Below are positions 46,037 to 60,845 of a stretch of 64,000 nucleotides of DNA, piece after piece (within the stretch, counting starts at the first letter, position 1; every line of letters starts with the position of its first letter). A model generated the notes under the pieces. It saw only the letters and a list, made by a program, of their open reading frames with translations. It was not told where the DNA came from and did not search any database. Source of the stretch: the human T2T-CHM13v2.0 reference genome, Homo sapiens. The DNA lies in assembly GCF_009914755.1 (NCBI RefSeq), contig NC_060929.1. One strand, given 5' to 3'. Both the position numbers and the translations under genes were made by a program.

Positions 46037-47197
46037 GATCTGCATTGTGTTTTAGATAATAATAGTCACATCAGCCAGCTTGTATTGAGGACTTGCACTG
46101 TGCCAAGCTCCGTCCTACGTGCCTTACTCAAAATAGCTCATTTAACTCTGAAAATAAGTAGACAACAATTTGTAGACGGCAAAGGGACTATTTTTTGCTC
46201 CCTAGCAATATTTTGAAGGATACTGAGACTTAGTATGTTTTTTGGGGTGGTGGATGGGGAGTGATGAGGTGAACCTTGGATGCGATAGGAACAGAATAAT
46301 TTACCAGGAGAAAACCTTCCACATCTTTGCCATCCCTTTTCCTCCCCAATTTTTTATTATAACTTTGTTCAAATGTACACAAATATGGGATAATAGTATG
46401 ATAAATAACTAAATTTTAAGCCTAACAATTTTTAGTATTACACATGTGGAATTTATACATATATGTATGTTATAAATGTGTTTTTTGTGGAATCATTCAA
46501 AAATGAATTGCTGATATCATCACATTCATCCCTAGAAAGTACAGCATGCATCAGCCTCTTACGTGGCCATGATACTGTTATCACACCTAGGAAGGTTAAC
46601 AATAAAATTGGATGTGGATTGTCTTTGTCTCTTCATCCTTATTTGATCAGTAAAAAGGCAATAGAACAAAACAATTAAAATTTGGATTTCTAACAATCTA
46701 GCATTCCACATTCTTTGGTTACCTGTACATGGTATAGTCAATCTTTCTATTTGCTTGGAAAGCACTTGCTACTTTGATGTGGGAGAGATACTATCTTTTA
46801 CTACTTTGAAAATTTGATTTCACCTTCTTAATATGGTAAATATGGACATGCCCATGGCATGATTGGGAAAATTAAGAATGAACATTATAGATTAAAAATT
46901 TCAGCCCCTATAGATTGGAACTCTAGATTTTTTCCCCCCAAAAATCCAGTTAAATTTAGGGATAATCAATAATTCATAGATACAACCTCTAACCAAGGAT
47001 TTAACAGTTTAATGAACAAGAAACCATACATTAGTCCAAAATTTAACAGTTAATAGATAAGACTTCAACCTCCATTTCTAAGAGTGTGCACCAGCTGGGG
47101 ATTCAGTTACATTTGTGAGCTGGTGACAGATTATGGCTTTTTCCATTTACGAAAGAAATCACTGTTTTTGCTGACTCTAGAAAAAATATAACTTTTA

Positions 47198-47605
<408 letters not shown>

Positions 47606-47759
47606 CTAAACACAGTATATTATCTTCCAAGTATTCAATTATACTTGATTAATTTGCCTGAAAAGTTTTTACTGTGAATGGCATTTGTGATTAATCTGAC
47701 AATAATGATTGATATTAGCTTGTCTCTGACAGAGACAATGTTTGCTTCTTCCTTTCCAG

Positions 47760-47802
47760 GTTTGGAACTATGCTTGGTCGTTCCTAGTACTTGTGGAAAG
47801 AG
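47760..47802 (+). other. Candidate 43-nt internal exon (unverified)
   Basis: ctgac branch motif, acceptor tttgcttcttcctttccag|G and consensus donor GAG|gtaagt. Confidence 0.5.
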
Positions 47803-48064
47803 GTAAGTGTTATATGATACCTTAGAAGTGAATATCCAAGTAACCAAGAAATATTCAATGATCATATTGTGCTGACCTGGGAGGAAATCCTAGTTTTTGC
47901 TTTTGATAAGAGCCTGTACTTTTCATGGTGGCATGAATTGTTCCAGAAAGACATAATGGTCCTTGCTAAGAAGCTTCTGAAACTTCTGAATTTTAGGGAA
48001 TACCAACTGTGTGTCAAGTGTACTTAAAATATCTGATATGACACCTTTCTAAAATGAAATCAAG

Positions 48065-48468
48065 CTTTTATGAGTTGAATTGTGTCCCTGCCAAAAGTAT
48101 GTTAAAGTCCTAACCCCCAGAACCTTAGAATGTGACCTTATTTGGAGATAGTGTCTTTTCAGATCAAGTTAAAATAAGTCGTTAGGGAGGGCCTTAATCC
48201 AGTATGACTGGTTTCTTTATAAAAAGGGGAAATTTAGACACAGAAATCAGGATGGTGTTTCTCTAGGCTAAGGAACACAAAGAGTTCCAGCAAACCACCC
48301 AAGACTAAGGGAGAGGCCTAGAACAGATTCTTCCTCACAGCCTCGGAAGGGACCAACCCTGCCAACGCTTTGATCTCGGACTTCTAGCTTCCAGAACTGT
48401 GAGCCAATTTCCATTGTTTAAGCCTCGCAGTTGTGGTGCTTTGTTATGGCAGCCCTAGCAAATGAACA
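48065..48468 (+). mobile_element. MLT1B/C-like MaLR solo LTR
   Basis: 'gttgaattgtgtccc...agaatgtgaccttatttggagata...ccagaactgtgag...tttgttatggcagccctagcaaa'. Confidence 0.85.
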
Positions 48469-48729
48469 CCTAGGTCAACTACTTGAGCTCATGTATGCGG
48501 ATGTGAGGTGTAATAGTTTCTCAGTGGCTGGGTTGCAACTAATATTAGTATACAATTTCCTCTGGGGAATTAAGTAGTGTTCTTTATATTTACTTAAGAT
48601 GCTCTTTTTCTTATATTCCTACAAAGTAAAATTATTTTATTTTAAAGCGAATCATGTGGATATCCACATACGTAACGAATTAGCTATTCATTGACCATTG
48701 AAATATTAGTAATGATGATATCATTCTCC

Positions 48730-49237
48730 TTGGGGTAGGGAAGCTGAATGTTTTAGTCTGCTCCACATCTCCTTATCTGGGAAACATTCCTGAGCTACTG
48801 TCTAGTCCCTACTCTGTCCTTGTGGTATGGTTAAAACTATGTATTCTAGCTGGTCCCAGGGATAGCCAATAAAACTTATCCATGTCTCTGGTCACTGTAA
48901 TTGGTTCAGCAATGAGAATATGACCCAAGGTAGACCAATCAGAGGGTTTCCCAGGCATTTTGCTGGCATGATCAGGAAAAATGTTATTTTTATCAATAAT
49001 TAAAAGTCCTAAGGTCAGTGTAGACTTCTCTTTTAGGATGGGATCCTCACTGAAAATGATGGAGCCAAGCTGGGTCAGGAGGAATAGGGTCAGTCAGAAT
49101 TCTTAATCCATGAATCAAACCCTTCCTGAAATCAGAAACATTCCTTGGACTTTCCACTTATACAAACCAATAACTTTTCTCTTGTGCTTTAAGCCACTTT
49201 GAGTTGGGCACTTACAAGGAAAAGTGTTTTAATGCAT
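48730..49237 (+). mobile_element. Old MaLR/ERVL LTR (MLT1J/K-like)
   Basis: 'attggttcagc..tgacccaag..ccaatcagag', 'ttggactttcc..ccaataa..ttaagcca..ttgagttggg'. Confidence 0.6.
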
Positions 49238-49449
49238 CTGTGATGTGTAATCTTTACTTATTTTTTGCCCCTTTACATCCTCTGAAAGCCTTGGATTATT
49301 CCAGTGTTTGGAGCACAGTACATTAAGAGTTGGTTGAATTTTTTATCCTACATTGTCAGAATAAAATTAATTTCCAAATTAAACAAAATGACACTGTGAT
49401 GATTTTCCCTGTAATATGCAATGATGTCAAGCACTATTCACTATTGTCA

Positions 49450-49965
49450 CTGTGGCAGGTGAGTTTTCCAGTGATGGCCACATGTGTAGTATGTACATAT
49501 ATCCCCTCATATGCTCTTATTTCAATGCAATTGTCTATCTTCCCACAGAGAAGTCATGTCTGTGTTTCTTCCCCATGAATGTGAGACTTGTGACTGCTCC
49601 AATCATGAGAAAATGGTGGAAGTGACAGTACGTGACCAAAGCTTAAAGGGTACAACCTCCCTTTATATGGACCTGGCCCTCTCTCAGATGTTTACCCTTG
49701 GAACCACTTGCAGCTCTGTGAGGACAAACAAGGAGAAGTCCACATGAAGAGGAGCTGGGCTCCTAGACTCCACTAGCATCACCTACCAGACAAGTGAGTG
49801 AACAAGCCTTCAGATCACTTCTGCCCCCAGTGTTCAAGGTCCTAGATATCGCGGAGCAGAGATGAGTCATGGTCACACCGCGTTATTTCAGTTTCTAAAC
49901 CCCTGAATATATGAGCATAACAAATAGCTTTACATCACTGTTAGGGTAATTTTTATGCAGCCATC
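49450..49965 (+). mobile_element. MLT1H/I-like MaLR LTR
   Basis: 'ttgtgactgctccaa..tggtggaagtgac...ggagcagagatgagtc...tttatgcagcca'. Confidence 0.65.
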
Positions 49966-49979
49966 CTGAGATCATTCAT

Positions 49980-50471
49980 TTGTAATGTGTTGTGCTGGCT
50001 AGACTGAACTACGTTTCTCAGAATTCCCTTATGTTTTGGTCAGGGCAGGCCTCAGGAGAGAGTCTTATGGGAGATTTGGAAGGTGGAAGTAAAGTGGCAG
50101 CTTTTTTGTATTTTTTAAGCTCACATGCATGGTTGCTGGCCCATTGGCTGGCTGGCATTAGGCAGCAACCTGACCGGCAGCCTGTAGCTCTCCTGCACTA
50201 GTGTGTGCTTAGCTCCCTGACAAAGGCCTAAACTTCTTCAGGACTCCTGCATCATAAACCTTAGAAGCAATAAAAACTGATATGTTATGAGATCCAGTTT
50301 GTCCTCTGGGTACCACCTTGCCCATGCCCCTCTTCTAGTTTATAACCATCTTCTCTTCCTGCTTGCCTGCCTTGTAGACCTCAAGCATCGTCATCAGACT
50401 CCAGGACAACAGCTTTGCAGATGCCACTTAACCAGCTCCTGCAACTATGTAAGGTCAAATCCCTGTTTATA
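49980..50471 (+). mobile_element. Old ERVL LTR (MLT2E/LTR52/LTR41-like), 5' part; 3' part at about 60696-60886
   Basis: 'ggctagactgaactacgtttctcagaattccc' start; 3' end 'ttctgcttctttgattgaaccctgattgataca' lies beyond the L1. Confidence 0.6.
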
Positions 50472-53400
50472 GGAGAGAGAGGCAGAGGAACATGGCCAAA
50501 CAGAAGCTCACTGATTGTCCTCCCTGTAGGAACACCAAATTGAACAACTGTCCACACAGAAAGCACCTTTATAAGAACCAAAAAATCAGGTGATTACTGT
50601 AAAAGGCACTAAAGAGGGTAGGAAAGGCAGTCTTAAATTGCTGATTCCACCCCTTCCCCATCCTCCAGCAGTGACCTTGTGGCATGGAGAATCTGTGCAT
50701 TTAGGGTAAGAAGAGTGTAGTGATCATGAGACTGTGTTGGAATACTCAGTGCTTCCCTGTCAGAGAGCAACATCTGGAAGAATTCAACTGGTGCCCATGA
50801 AAGAAACATTTAGACCAGCTCAAACCAGAGGGTAATAGCCCAATCTGAATTCAGGGAAGACTCATCACTGTGGGCTAAAGTGCTCTCGGGTCGTAAATAA
50901 ACTTGAAACACAGTCTAGGCCACAAGGACTGCAATTGCTGGGCAAGTCCTGCTGCTGTGCTGGGCTCAAAGCCAGTGGACCTGGGGGACACGTGAGCCAG
51001 TGAGATAGTGAATGGAGTGCTTACATCACCTTTAATCCAATTCCAGCCATCACAGCTCAAAACTCCAGAAGAGATTCCTTCCCTCCACTTGAGGAGAGAA
51101 AAGAGAAAAGAGGATTTTGTCTTGAAACTTGGATACCAGCTCATCCACAGTAGGATAGGGTACAAGGTACAGTAGGATAGAGTCCTGAGGTCCCTATTCC
51201 AGGACCTGGCTCCTGGGTGACATCTCTGGACACACTCTGGGCCAGAAGAGAATCCACTGCCTTGAAGGACAGGACCCAGTCTTGGCAGGATTTATCACCT
51301 GCTAACTGAAGAGCCCTTGCGCCCTGAATAACCAGTGGCAATACTCAGGTACTACGTCGAGGACCTTGGTTGAGTTGCTGAGACTTGCTCACTTCAGGTG
51401 AGACTCAGCATATTCCCAGTTGGGGTGGCTATGGGGTGAAACTCTTGCTTGACTGAGAAAAGGAGAGGGAAAAATACAGGGGGCTCTGTCTTGCACCTTA
51501 GGTACCAGCTCGGCTACAGTGGTTTAGATCACCAAGTGGGTTCTTGGGGTCCCTGATTCCAGGACTTGACTTTTGGATAACATTTCTGGACATGCCTGGG
51601 GCCAATGGGGAGGCCACTGCCCTGAAGGGTGAGCCCCAAGCCAGGCAGCATTCACCACAAGTTGATTTAAGAGCCCTTGGGCCTTACAGGAACATCAGTG
51701 ATAATCTGGCAATACTCCCTGTGGCTTGTGGTGGTGGTGGCTACAGGGTGAGGCTCCTCTGCCTTTGGAAAGTGGAGGGAAGAAGGACTGCATCTTGTGT
51801 TTTGGGTGCCAGCTCAGCTGCAGTACGATAGAATGCCACGTAGACTTCTAAAGATTCTGACTCAAGACACTGGCTCCTGGATGGCATCTCTGGATCTACC
51901 CAGCCCTGGGGGATCTAGCTGCCCTGAAAAGAACGACACAAGCCTAGCTGGCTTTGCCACCTGCTGATTGTAGAGACCTAGGGCCTTGAGTGAACATAGG
52001 AGGTAGCCAGGCAATGGATACCACAGGCCTTGGGTGAGACCCAGTACCATGCTGTCTTCAGATGTGAACCAGTGCAGTCTCAGTGGTGGTGGCCATGGGG
52101 GTGCTTGTGTCATCCCTCCCCCAGCCCCAGGCAGTTCAGCACAGAAAGAGAGAGACTCTGTTTGTTTGGGAGAAAGTAAGGGGAGAGAACAAGAGTCTCT
52201 GCCTGGTAATCCAGAGAATTCTTCCAGATCTTATCCAAGTCACCAAGACAGCACCTCTATGAGTCTGCAAGAGCCACAGCATTACTGGGTGTGGGATGCC
52301 TCCTAATGCAAATAGGGCTGCAATGACCAAAAAATAGATTTAAACACCCAAGTCACTTCAAATATCTGGAATGCCTTCCCAAGAAGGACAGGTACGAATA
52401 AGCCCAGACTGCAAAGACTACAATAAATACTTAACTCTTCAATGTCCAGACACCAGTGAACACCCACAAGTATCAAGACTATCCAGGAAAACATGACCTC
52501 ACCAAATGAACTAAATACTTGCCAGGAACCAATCTCAGAGAGACAGATATCTGACCTTTCAAACAGAGAATTTAAAATAGTTGTTTTGAGGAAACGCAAA
52601 GAAATTCAAGACAGCACAGGGAAGGAATTCGGAATTCTATTACATTAAATTTAATAAAGAGATGGAAATAATTAAAAAGAATCAAGGAGAAATTCTGGAG
52701 TTGAGAAGTGCAATTGCAACACTGAAGACTGCATCACAGGCTTTCAGAAGTGGAATTGATCAAGTAGAAGAAAAACTGAGTAAGCTTGAAGGCAGGCTAC
52801 TTGAAAATACACAGTCAGAGAAGACAAAAGAAAAGAGAATTTAAAAAATAAAGCATGCCAACAAGATTTAGAAAATAGGCTCAAAGGGGCAAATCTGAGT
52901 TTTGGCCTGAAAGAGGAGGTACAGAGAGAGATAGGGGTAGAAACTTTATTCAAAGGGATAATAACGGAGAACTCCCCAAACTTAGAGAAAGATATCAATA
53001 TTCAAGTGCAAGGCGGTTATAGAACACCAAGCAGGTTTAACCCAAAGAAGACTCACTCAAGACACTTAATAATCAAACTCCCGGAGGTCAAGGATAAAGG
53101 ATCCTAAAAGCATCAAGGGAAAAGAAATAAATAACATATAATTTAGCTCTAATATGTCTGGTAGCAGACTTTTCAGTGGAAACCTGACAGGCCAGGAGAG
53201 AGTGACACAACACATTTAAAGTGCTGAAGGAAAAAACCTTTAACCTTAGAATAGCATATCTGGCAAAAAAAAAAAAAAAAAAAATCCCTCAAACGTGAAG
53301 GAGAAATAAAGACTTTCCCAGACAAACAAAAGCTGAGGTATTTCATCAACACCAGACCTGTCCTACAAAAAATGCTATGGAGAGTTCTTCAATTAGAAAG

Positions 53401-54513
53401 AAAAGAACATTAATGAGCAACATGAAATCATCTGAAGGTGTAAAACTCACTGGTAATAGTAAGTACACAGAAAAACACAGAATATTCTAACATTGTAATT
53501 GGGGTGTGTAAACCACTTATATCTTGAGTAGAAAGACTCAAAGAACTGATAAAAAATAATAACTACCACAACTTTTCAAGACATAGTACAATAAGATATA
53601 AATAGAAACAACAAAAAGTTAAAAAGTGGAGGGACAAAGTTAAAGTGTAGAGTTTTTATTAGTTTTCTCCTTGCTTGTTTGTTAGTTTCTTTGCTTATGA
53701 GGTCAGTGTTAAATTGTCCTCAGCTTAAAATAATGAGTTATAAGATATTATTTGTAAGCATTATGGTAACTTCAAATAAAAAATAGACAACAGATATACC
53801 AAAAATAAAAGCAAGGAATTAAAACATACCACCAGGAAAAATCACCTTCACTAAAAGGAAGGATAGAAGGAAGAGAAGACCACAAAACAACCAGAAAACA
53901 ACAAAATGGCAGGAATAAGTCCTTACTTATCAATAATAACACTAAATGTGAAAGGACTAAACTCTCCAATCAAAATACAAGGTAGCTGAATGGATTAAAA
54001 AAAAAAGACCCAATGATCTATTGCCTACAAGAAGCACACTTCACCTATAAAGACACAAATAGACTGAAAATAAAGGGATGAAAAAGATATTCCATGCTAA
54101 TGGAAACCAAGAAAATAGTTAAAGAGGAGTAGCTATATTTATAACAGATGAAATAGATTTCAAGGGAAAAAAAGACAAAGAAGGTCATTATATAGTAATA
54201 AAGGAGTCAATTCAGCTAGTGGATGTAACAACTATAAATATATATATGTACTCAGCACTGAAGCACTCAGATATATAAAGCAAATATTATTAGAACTAAG
54301 GAGATAAACCCCAATAAAATAATAACTGGAGACTTCAACACCCTTTCAGCATTGGATTGATCCTCCAGACAGAAAATCAACAAAGAAACATTAGACTTAA
54401 TCTGCACTATAGACCAAATGAACCTAATAGGTATTTACAGAACATTTCATCCAACGGTTGCAGTATACACTTTCTTCTCCTCACCACTTGGATCATTCAC
54501 AAGGTTAGGCCAC

Positions 54514-56810
54514 TGTATTAGTCCATTTTCACACTGCTGATAAAGGCATAACTGAGACTAGGCAATTTACAAAAGAGTTTATTGGACTTACATTTCCACA
54601 TGGCTAGGGAGGCCTGTCAATCATGGTGGAAGGCAAGGAGGAGCAAGTCACATCTTACATGGATGGAAGCAAGCAAAGAGAGAGCTTGTGCAGAAAAACT
54701 CCTGCTTTTAAAACCGTCAGATCTCATGAGACCTATTCACTATCATGAGAACAGCACTGGAAAGACCTACCTCCATAATTCAGTGATCTCCCACTGGGTC
54801 CTTCCCACAACACGTGGGAATTATGGGAGCTACAAGATGAGATTTGGGTGGGGACACAGAGCAAAATCATATCATTCCACTCTTGGACCCTCCCAAATCT
54901 CATATCTTCACATTTCAAAACGAATCATGCCCTTCCAACAGTCCCTCAAAGTCTTAACTCATTTCAGCATTAACTCAAAAGTCCACAGTACAAAGTCTCA
55001 TCCAAGACAAGGCATGTTCTTTCTGCATGTGAGCCTGTAAAATCAAAAGCAAATTAGTTACTTCCTAGACACAATGTGGGTATAGGCATTGGGTAAATAC
55101 TGCCATTCCAAATGAGAGAAATCAGCCAAAACAAAGGGATTACAGGCCCTATTCAAGTCCAAAATCCAGTGAGGCAGTCAAATCTTAAAGCTTCAAAATG
55201 ATCTCCTTTGACTCCATGTCTCATATCTAGTTCACACTGATGCAAGAGGTAGGTTCCCATGGTCTTGGGCAGCTCCGCCCCTGTGGCTCTGCAGGATACA
55301 CCTCCCTCCCAGCTGCTTTCATGGGCTGGTGTTGAGTGTCTGTGGCTTTTCCAGGCAAACAGTGCAAGCTGTTAGTGGATCTACCATTCTGGGGTCTGGA
55401 GGATGGTGGTCCTCTTCTCACAGCTCCACTAAGCAGTGCCCCAGTAGAGACTCTGCGTGGGGACTCTGACCCCACATTTCCCTTCCACATTGCCCTAGCA
55501 GAGTTTATCCATGAGGGCCTCACCCCTGCAGCAAACTTCTCCCTGGGCATCCAGGCATTTCCATACATCTTCTGAAATTTAGGCAGAGGTTCCCAAACCC
55601 CAAGTTTTGGCTTCTGTGCACTTGCAGGCTCAACACCACATGGAAGCTGCCAAGGCTTGGGGCTTGCACTCTCTGAAGCCATGGCCCAAGCTGTACGTTG
55701 GCCCCTTTCAGCCATGGCTGGAGCAACTAGGACACAGGGCAGCAAGTCCCTAGGCTGCACAAAGCTCGGGGACCCTGGGCCCAGCCCACGAAACCATTTT
55801 CTTCTAGGCCTCTGAGCCTGTGATGGGAGGGGCTGATGTAAAGACCTCTGACATGCCCTGGAGACATTTTCCCCATTGTCTTAGGGATTAACACGTGGCT
55901 CCTGTTACTTATGCAAATTTCTGCAGCCTGCTTGAATTTCTCAGAAAATGGGTTTTTCATTTCTATCACATTGTCAAGCTGCAAATCTTCTGAACTTTTA
56001 TGCTCTGCTTCCCTTATAAAACTGAATGCTGTTAACAGCACCCAAGTCACCTCTTGAACGCTTTGCTGCTTAGAAATTTCTTCTGCAAGATACCCTAAAT
56101 CATCTCTCTCAAGTTCAAAGTTCCACAGATTTCTAGGGCAGGAGCAAAATGCTGCCAGTCTCTTTGCTAAAACATAATAAGAATCACCTTTGCTCCATTT
56201 CCCAACAAGTTCCTCATCTCATCTGAGACCACCTCAGCCTGGACCTTATTGTCCACATTACTATCAGGTTTTTGGTCAGAGCCATTCAACAAGTCTCTAG
56301 GAAGTTCCAAACTCTCCCATATTTTCCTCTCTTCTTCTGAGACCTCCAAACTCTTCCAACCTCTGCCTGTTACCAAGTTCCAAAGTTGCTTCCATATTTT
56401 CAGTTACCTTTTCAGCAATGTCCTACTCTACTGGTACCAATTTAGTGTATTAGCCCATTTTCACACTGCTGATAAAGACATACCTGATACTGGGCAATTT
56501 GCAAAAGAAAGAGGTTTATTGGACTTACAGTTCCACATGGCTGGGCATGCCTCACAATCATGGCAGAAGGCAAGGAGGAGCAAGTCACATCTTATGTGGA
56601 TGGCAGCAGGCAAAGAGAGAGCATGTACAGAAAAACTCCTGGCTTTAAAACCATCAGATCTCATGAGACCCATTCACTATCATGAGAACAGAACTGGAAA
56701 GGTCCACCTCCATAATTCAATCATCTCCCCCGGGTCCCTCCCACAATACATGGGAATTATGGGAGCTACAAGATGAGATTTTGGTGGGGACACAGAGCCA
56801 AACCATATCA
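54514..56810 (-). mobile_element. Complete THE1 (THE1A/B-like) MaLR element, LTR-internal-LTR
   Basis: LTRs at 54514-54874 and 56446-56810; about 1.57-kb internal region; perfect 5-bp TSD gccac (54509-54513, 56811-56815). Confidence 0.95.
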
Positions 56811-57717
56811 GCCACAAAACAGGTCTTAAAACATTCAAACAAATCAAAGTTACATCAGACATCTTCTCAGACAATGGAATAAAATTGTCTGACAATTCTC
56901 AGACAATGGAATAAAACTAGAAATTACTAAGAAAAGAAATTTTGGAAACTATACAAACACATGGAAATTAAACACTGTACTGCTGAATGACCAGTATGTC
57001 AATGAATAAACTAGAAGGAAATCGAAAAAATTTTCTTGAAACAAATGTTAATGGGAACACAATATACCAAAACCTATGGGATAAGGCAAAAGCAGTAGTA
57101 AGAGGAAAGTTTATAGGTATAAGCACTTACATCAAAAAGTAGAAATACTTTAAATAATCAACCTAATAATGCATCTTTAAGAACTAGAAAAGCAAGAGCA
57201 AACCAAACCCAAAATTAGTAGAAGAAATAATAAAGATTAAAGCAGGAATAAATGAAATGAAGAAAATACAAAAGATCAATTAAATAAAAAGTTGGTTGTG
57301 AAAACATAAACAAAATGGACAAAACTTTAGCCAGACTAAGAAAAATGGAGAGAAGACCCAATAAATAAAATCAGAGAAGAAAAGGGAGACACTTCAACTG
57401 ATACTGCAGAAACTCCAGGATTATTAGAAGCTAGTATGAGCAACTATATGGCAATAAATTGGAAAACCTACAAGAAGTAGATAAATTCCTAGACACATAA
57501 AATCTCCCAAGATTAAACTATGAAGAAATCCAAAACGTGAACAGACCAATAACAAATAACAAGATTTAAGCTGTAATACAAATTCTACCAGCAAAGAAAA
57601 GCCTGGGATGTGATGGCTTCACTGCTGAATTTTATCAACATTTAAAAAAGAACTAATAAGAATCCTACTCAAACTATTTCACAAAATAGAGGGAACACTT
57701 TCCAACTCACTCTATGA

Positions 57718-57831
<114 letters not shown>

Positions 57832-59124
57832 TGAGTTCAACAACACATTTAAAAGATCATTCATCATGACCAAGTGGGGTTTATTCCAAGGAAGCAAGGA
57901 TGGTTCAACATATGCAAATCAATGTGATACATCATATCAACAGAATGAAGGACAAAAACCATATAATTATTTCAATTGATCCTGAAAAAGCATTTCATAA
58001 AATTTAACACCCCTTTGCAATAAAAAACCCTGTGAGGGAACATGTGTCAACACAGTAAAGGCCATATATGACCACATATGACAGACCCACAGCTAGTATC
58101 ATATTAAATGGGGAAGAACTGAAAGCCTTTTCCCTAAGATCTGGAGCATGACAAGGATGACCACTTTCACCACTGTTATTTGACATAGTACTGGAAATCC
58201 AAACTAGAGTGATTAGATAAGAGAAAGAAATAAAGGGCATCCAAATTGGAAAGGAAGGAGTGAAATTATCCTTGTTTGCAGATGATATGACACTTGGAAA
58301 AACTTAAAGACTCCACCAAAAACTGTTAGAACTGATAAAACAAATTTGGTAAAATTTCAGGATACAAAATCAACATACAAAAATCAGTAGTATTTTTATA
58401 TGCCAACAGCAAACGGTCTGAGAAAGAAATCAAGAAAGTAATCTCATTTATACCATTTATAATAGCTACAAATAAAACACTTGAAAATTACCTTAAAGAA
58501 AGATGTGAAAGATCTCTACAATAAAAAGTATAAAACATTGATGAAAGGAATTGAAGAGGACACAAAAAAAGAAAGATATTCTACATTCATGAATTGGAAG
58601 AATCAATATTGTTAAAATGTCCATACTGCCTGAAGCAATCTACAGATTCAATGTAATCCCTTTTAAAATACCCCATTCTTCACAGAAATAGAAAAAACAA
58701 TTCTAAAATTCCTAAAATTTATATTGAACACAAAAGACCCAGAATAATCAAAGCTATCCTGAGAAAAAAAGAACAAAACTGGAGGAATCACATTACCTGA
58801 CTCCAAATTATACTACAAAATCTGTAGTAACCAAAACAGCATGGTCCTAGCATAAAAACAAACACATATACCAATGAAACAGAATAGAGCACCCAGAAAT
58901 AAATGCATAAATCTACAATGAACTCATTTTTGACAAAGGTGCCAAGAACATACCTTGGGGAAAAGACAATCTTTTCAATAAATGGTGCTGGGAAAACTGT
59001 ATATCCATATGCAGAAGAATGAAACTAGACCCCTGTCTCTCACCATATATAAAAATCAAATCAAAATGGATTAAAGACTTAAATCTAAGACCTCACACCA
59101 TGAAACTATTGAAAGAAAACTCTC

Positions 59125-59420
59125 GGCCAGGCGCGGTGGCTCACGCCTGTAATCCCAGCACTTTGGGAGGCCGAGGTGGGCGGATCATGAGGTCAGGAGA
59201 TCGAGACCATCCTGGCTAACATGGTGAAACCCCGTCTCTACTAAAAATACAAAAAAATTAGCCTGGCGTGGTGGCAGACGCCTGTAGTCCTAGCCACTCA
59301 GGAGGCTGAGGCAGGAGAATGGAGTGAACCCAGGAGGCAGAGCTTGCAGTGAGCCGAGATTGTGCCACTGAACTCCAGCCTGGGCGACAGAGCGAGACTC
59401 CGTCTCAAAAACAAAAAAAA
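59125..59420 (+). mobile_element. AluY
   Basis: 'gagatcgagaccatcctggctaac', 'gcagagcttgcagtgagccgagat'; perfect 13-bp TSD aaagaaaactctc (59112-59124, 59421-59433). Confidence 0.95.
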
Positions 59421-60695
59421 AAAGAAAACTCTCCCAGACATTGAACAAGGCAAACATTTCTTGAGTAATATCCCATAAGCCCATGCAATCAAAGGAAAAA
59501 ATGGACAAATGAGGATCATATCAAGTTAAAAGGCTTCTGCACAGCAAACAGCAAAGTGAAGAGACAACCCACAGAATAGGGGAAAATGTTTGCAAACTAT
59601 CCACCCGACAAGGAATTAATAACCAGAATACATAAGAAGTTCAAATAACGCTATAGGAAAAAAGCTAATAATCTAATTTAAAAATAGTCAAAGGATCTAA
59701 ATAGGCATTTCTCAAAAGAAGACATATAAATGGCAAACAGATATATGAAAAGGTACTAAACATCACTGATCATTAAGAAATGCAAATCAAACTACAATGA
59801 AATATCATCTCACCTCGGTTAAAATGGCTTTTTATCTAAAAGATAGGCAATAACAAATGCTGGCAAGAATGTGGAGACAAGTGAACCCTTGTGCAGTGTT
59901 GGTGGGACTGTTAATTACTATTAAGACTACTTACTACCAATTAGTTACTTTTGTGGGTACAACAACTATGGAGAACAGTTTGAAGGTTCCTGAAAAAACT
60001 AAAAATTGAGTACTATATGATCCAGCAATCCCACTGCTGGGTATATACCCAAAGGTAAGAAAATCAGTATATTAAAGAGATTTCTGCACTCCTCTGTTAA
60101 GCAGCACTGCTCAAAATAGCCAAGATTTGGAAGCAATCTAAGTGTCCATCAGCAGACAAATGGATAAAAAAAAATGTGGTACATATACACAATGGGAGTA
60201 CTATTCAGTCATAAAAAAGAATGAGATCCTGTTATTTGCAACAACATGGATGGAACTGGGGATTGTTATGTTGTGAAATATGCCAGGCACAGAACTTTGC
60301 ATGTTTTCACTTCTTTGTGGGAGCTAAAAATTAAAGCAGTTGACTCATGGAGGTAGAGTAGAACAATGGCTACCAGAAGTGGAGCACGAAAAGGGGGACG
60401 ATTAATGTGTACAGAGATATAGTTAGATAGAATGAATAAGACCTAGTATTTGATAACACAGCAGGGTGACTACAGTCAGCAATAATTTATTGTACATTTA
60501 AAAATAACTAAAAAAGTATAACTGGATTTTTATAACACAAAGAAAGGATAAATGTTTGAGGTGATGGATACTCCACTTACCCTAATGTGATTATTATGCA
60601 TTGTATGCCTGTATCAAAATATCTCATGACCCCATAACTACATACACCTGCTATGGTACCCAAGAAAATGAAAAATTTTAAAAACCCTCTTTATA

Positions 60696-60845
60696 TTATA
60701 TATAATGCCTAATATATAATATTCAATTATAAACTATACTGCAATATATAATTTAAAATATATATGACAAGATACTATATATAATATGTAACATATAATA
60801 GATGTCCTCACATACATATTATATACATGTATGTATGCCTATATA
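60696..60845. repeat. AT-rich degenerate (TA)n tract in the ERVL LTR 3' part
   Basis: 'tatattatatataat...tatataatatgtaacatataata'. Confidence 0.75.
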
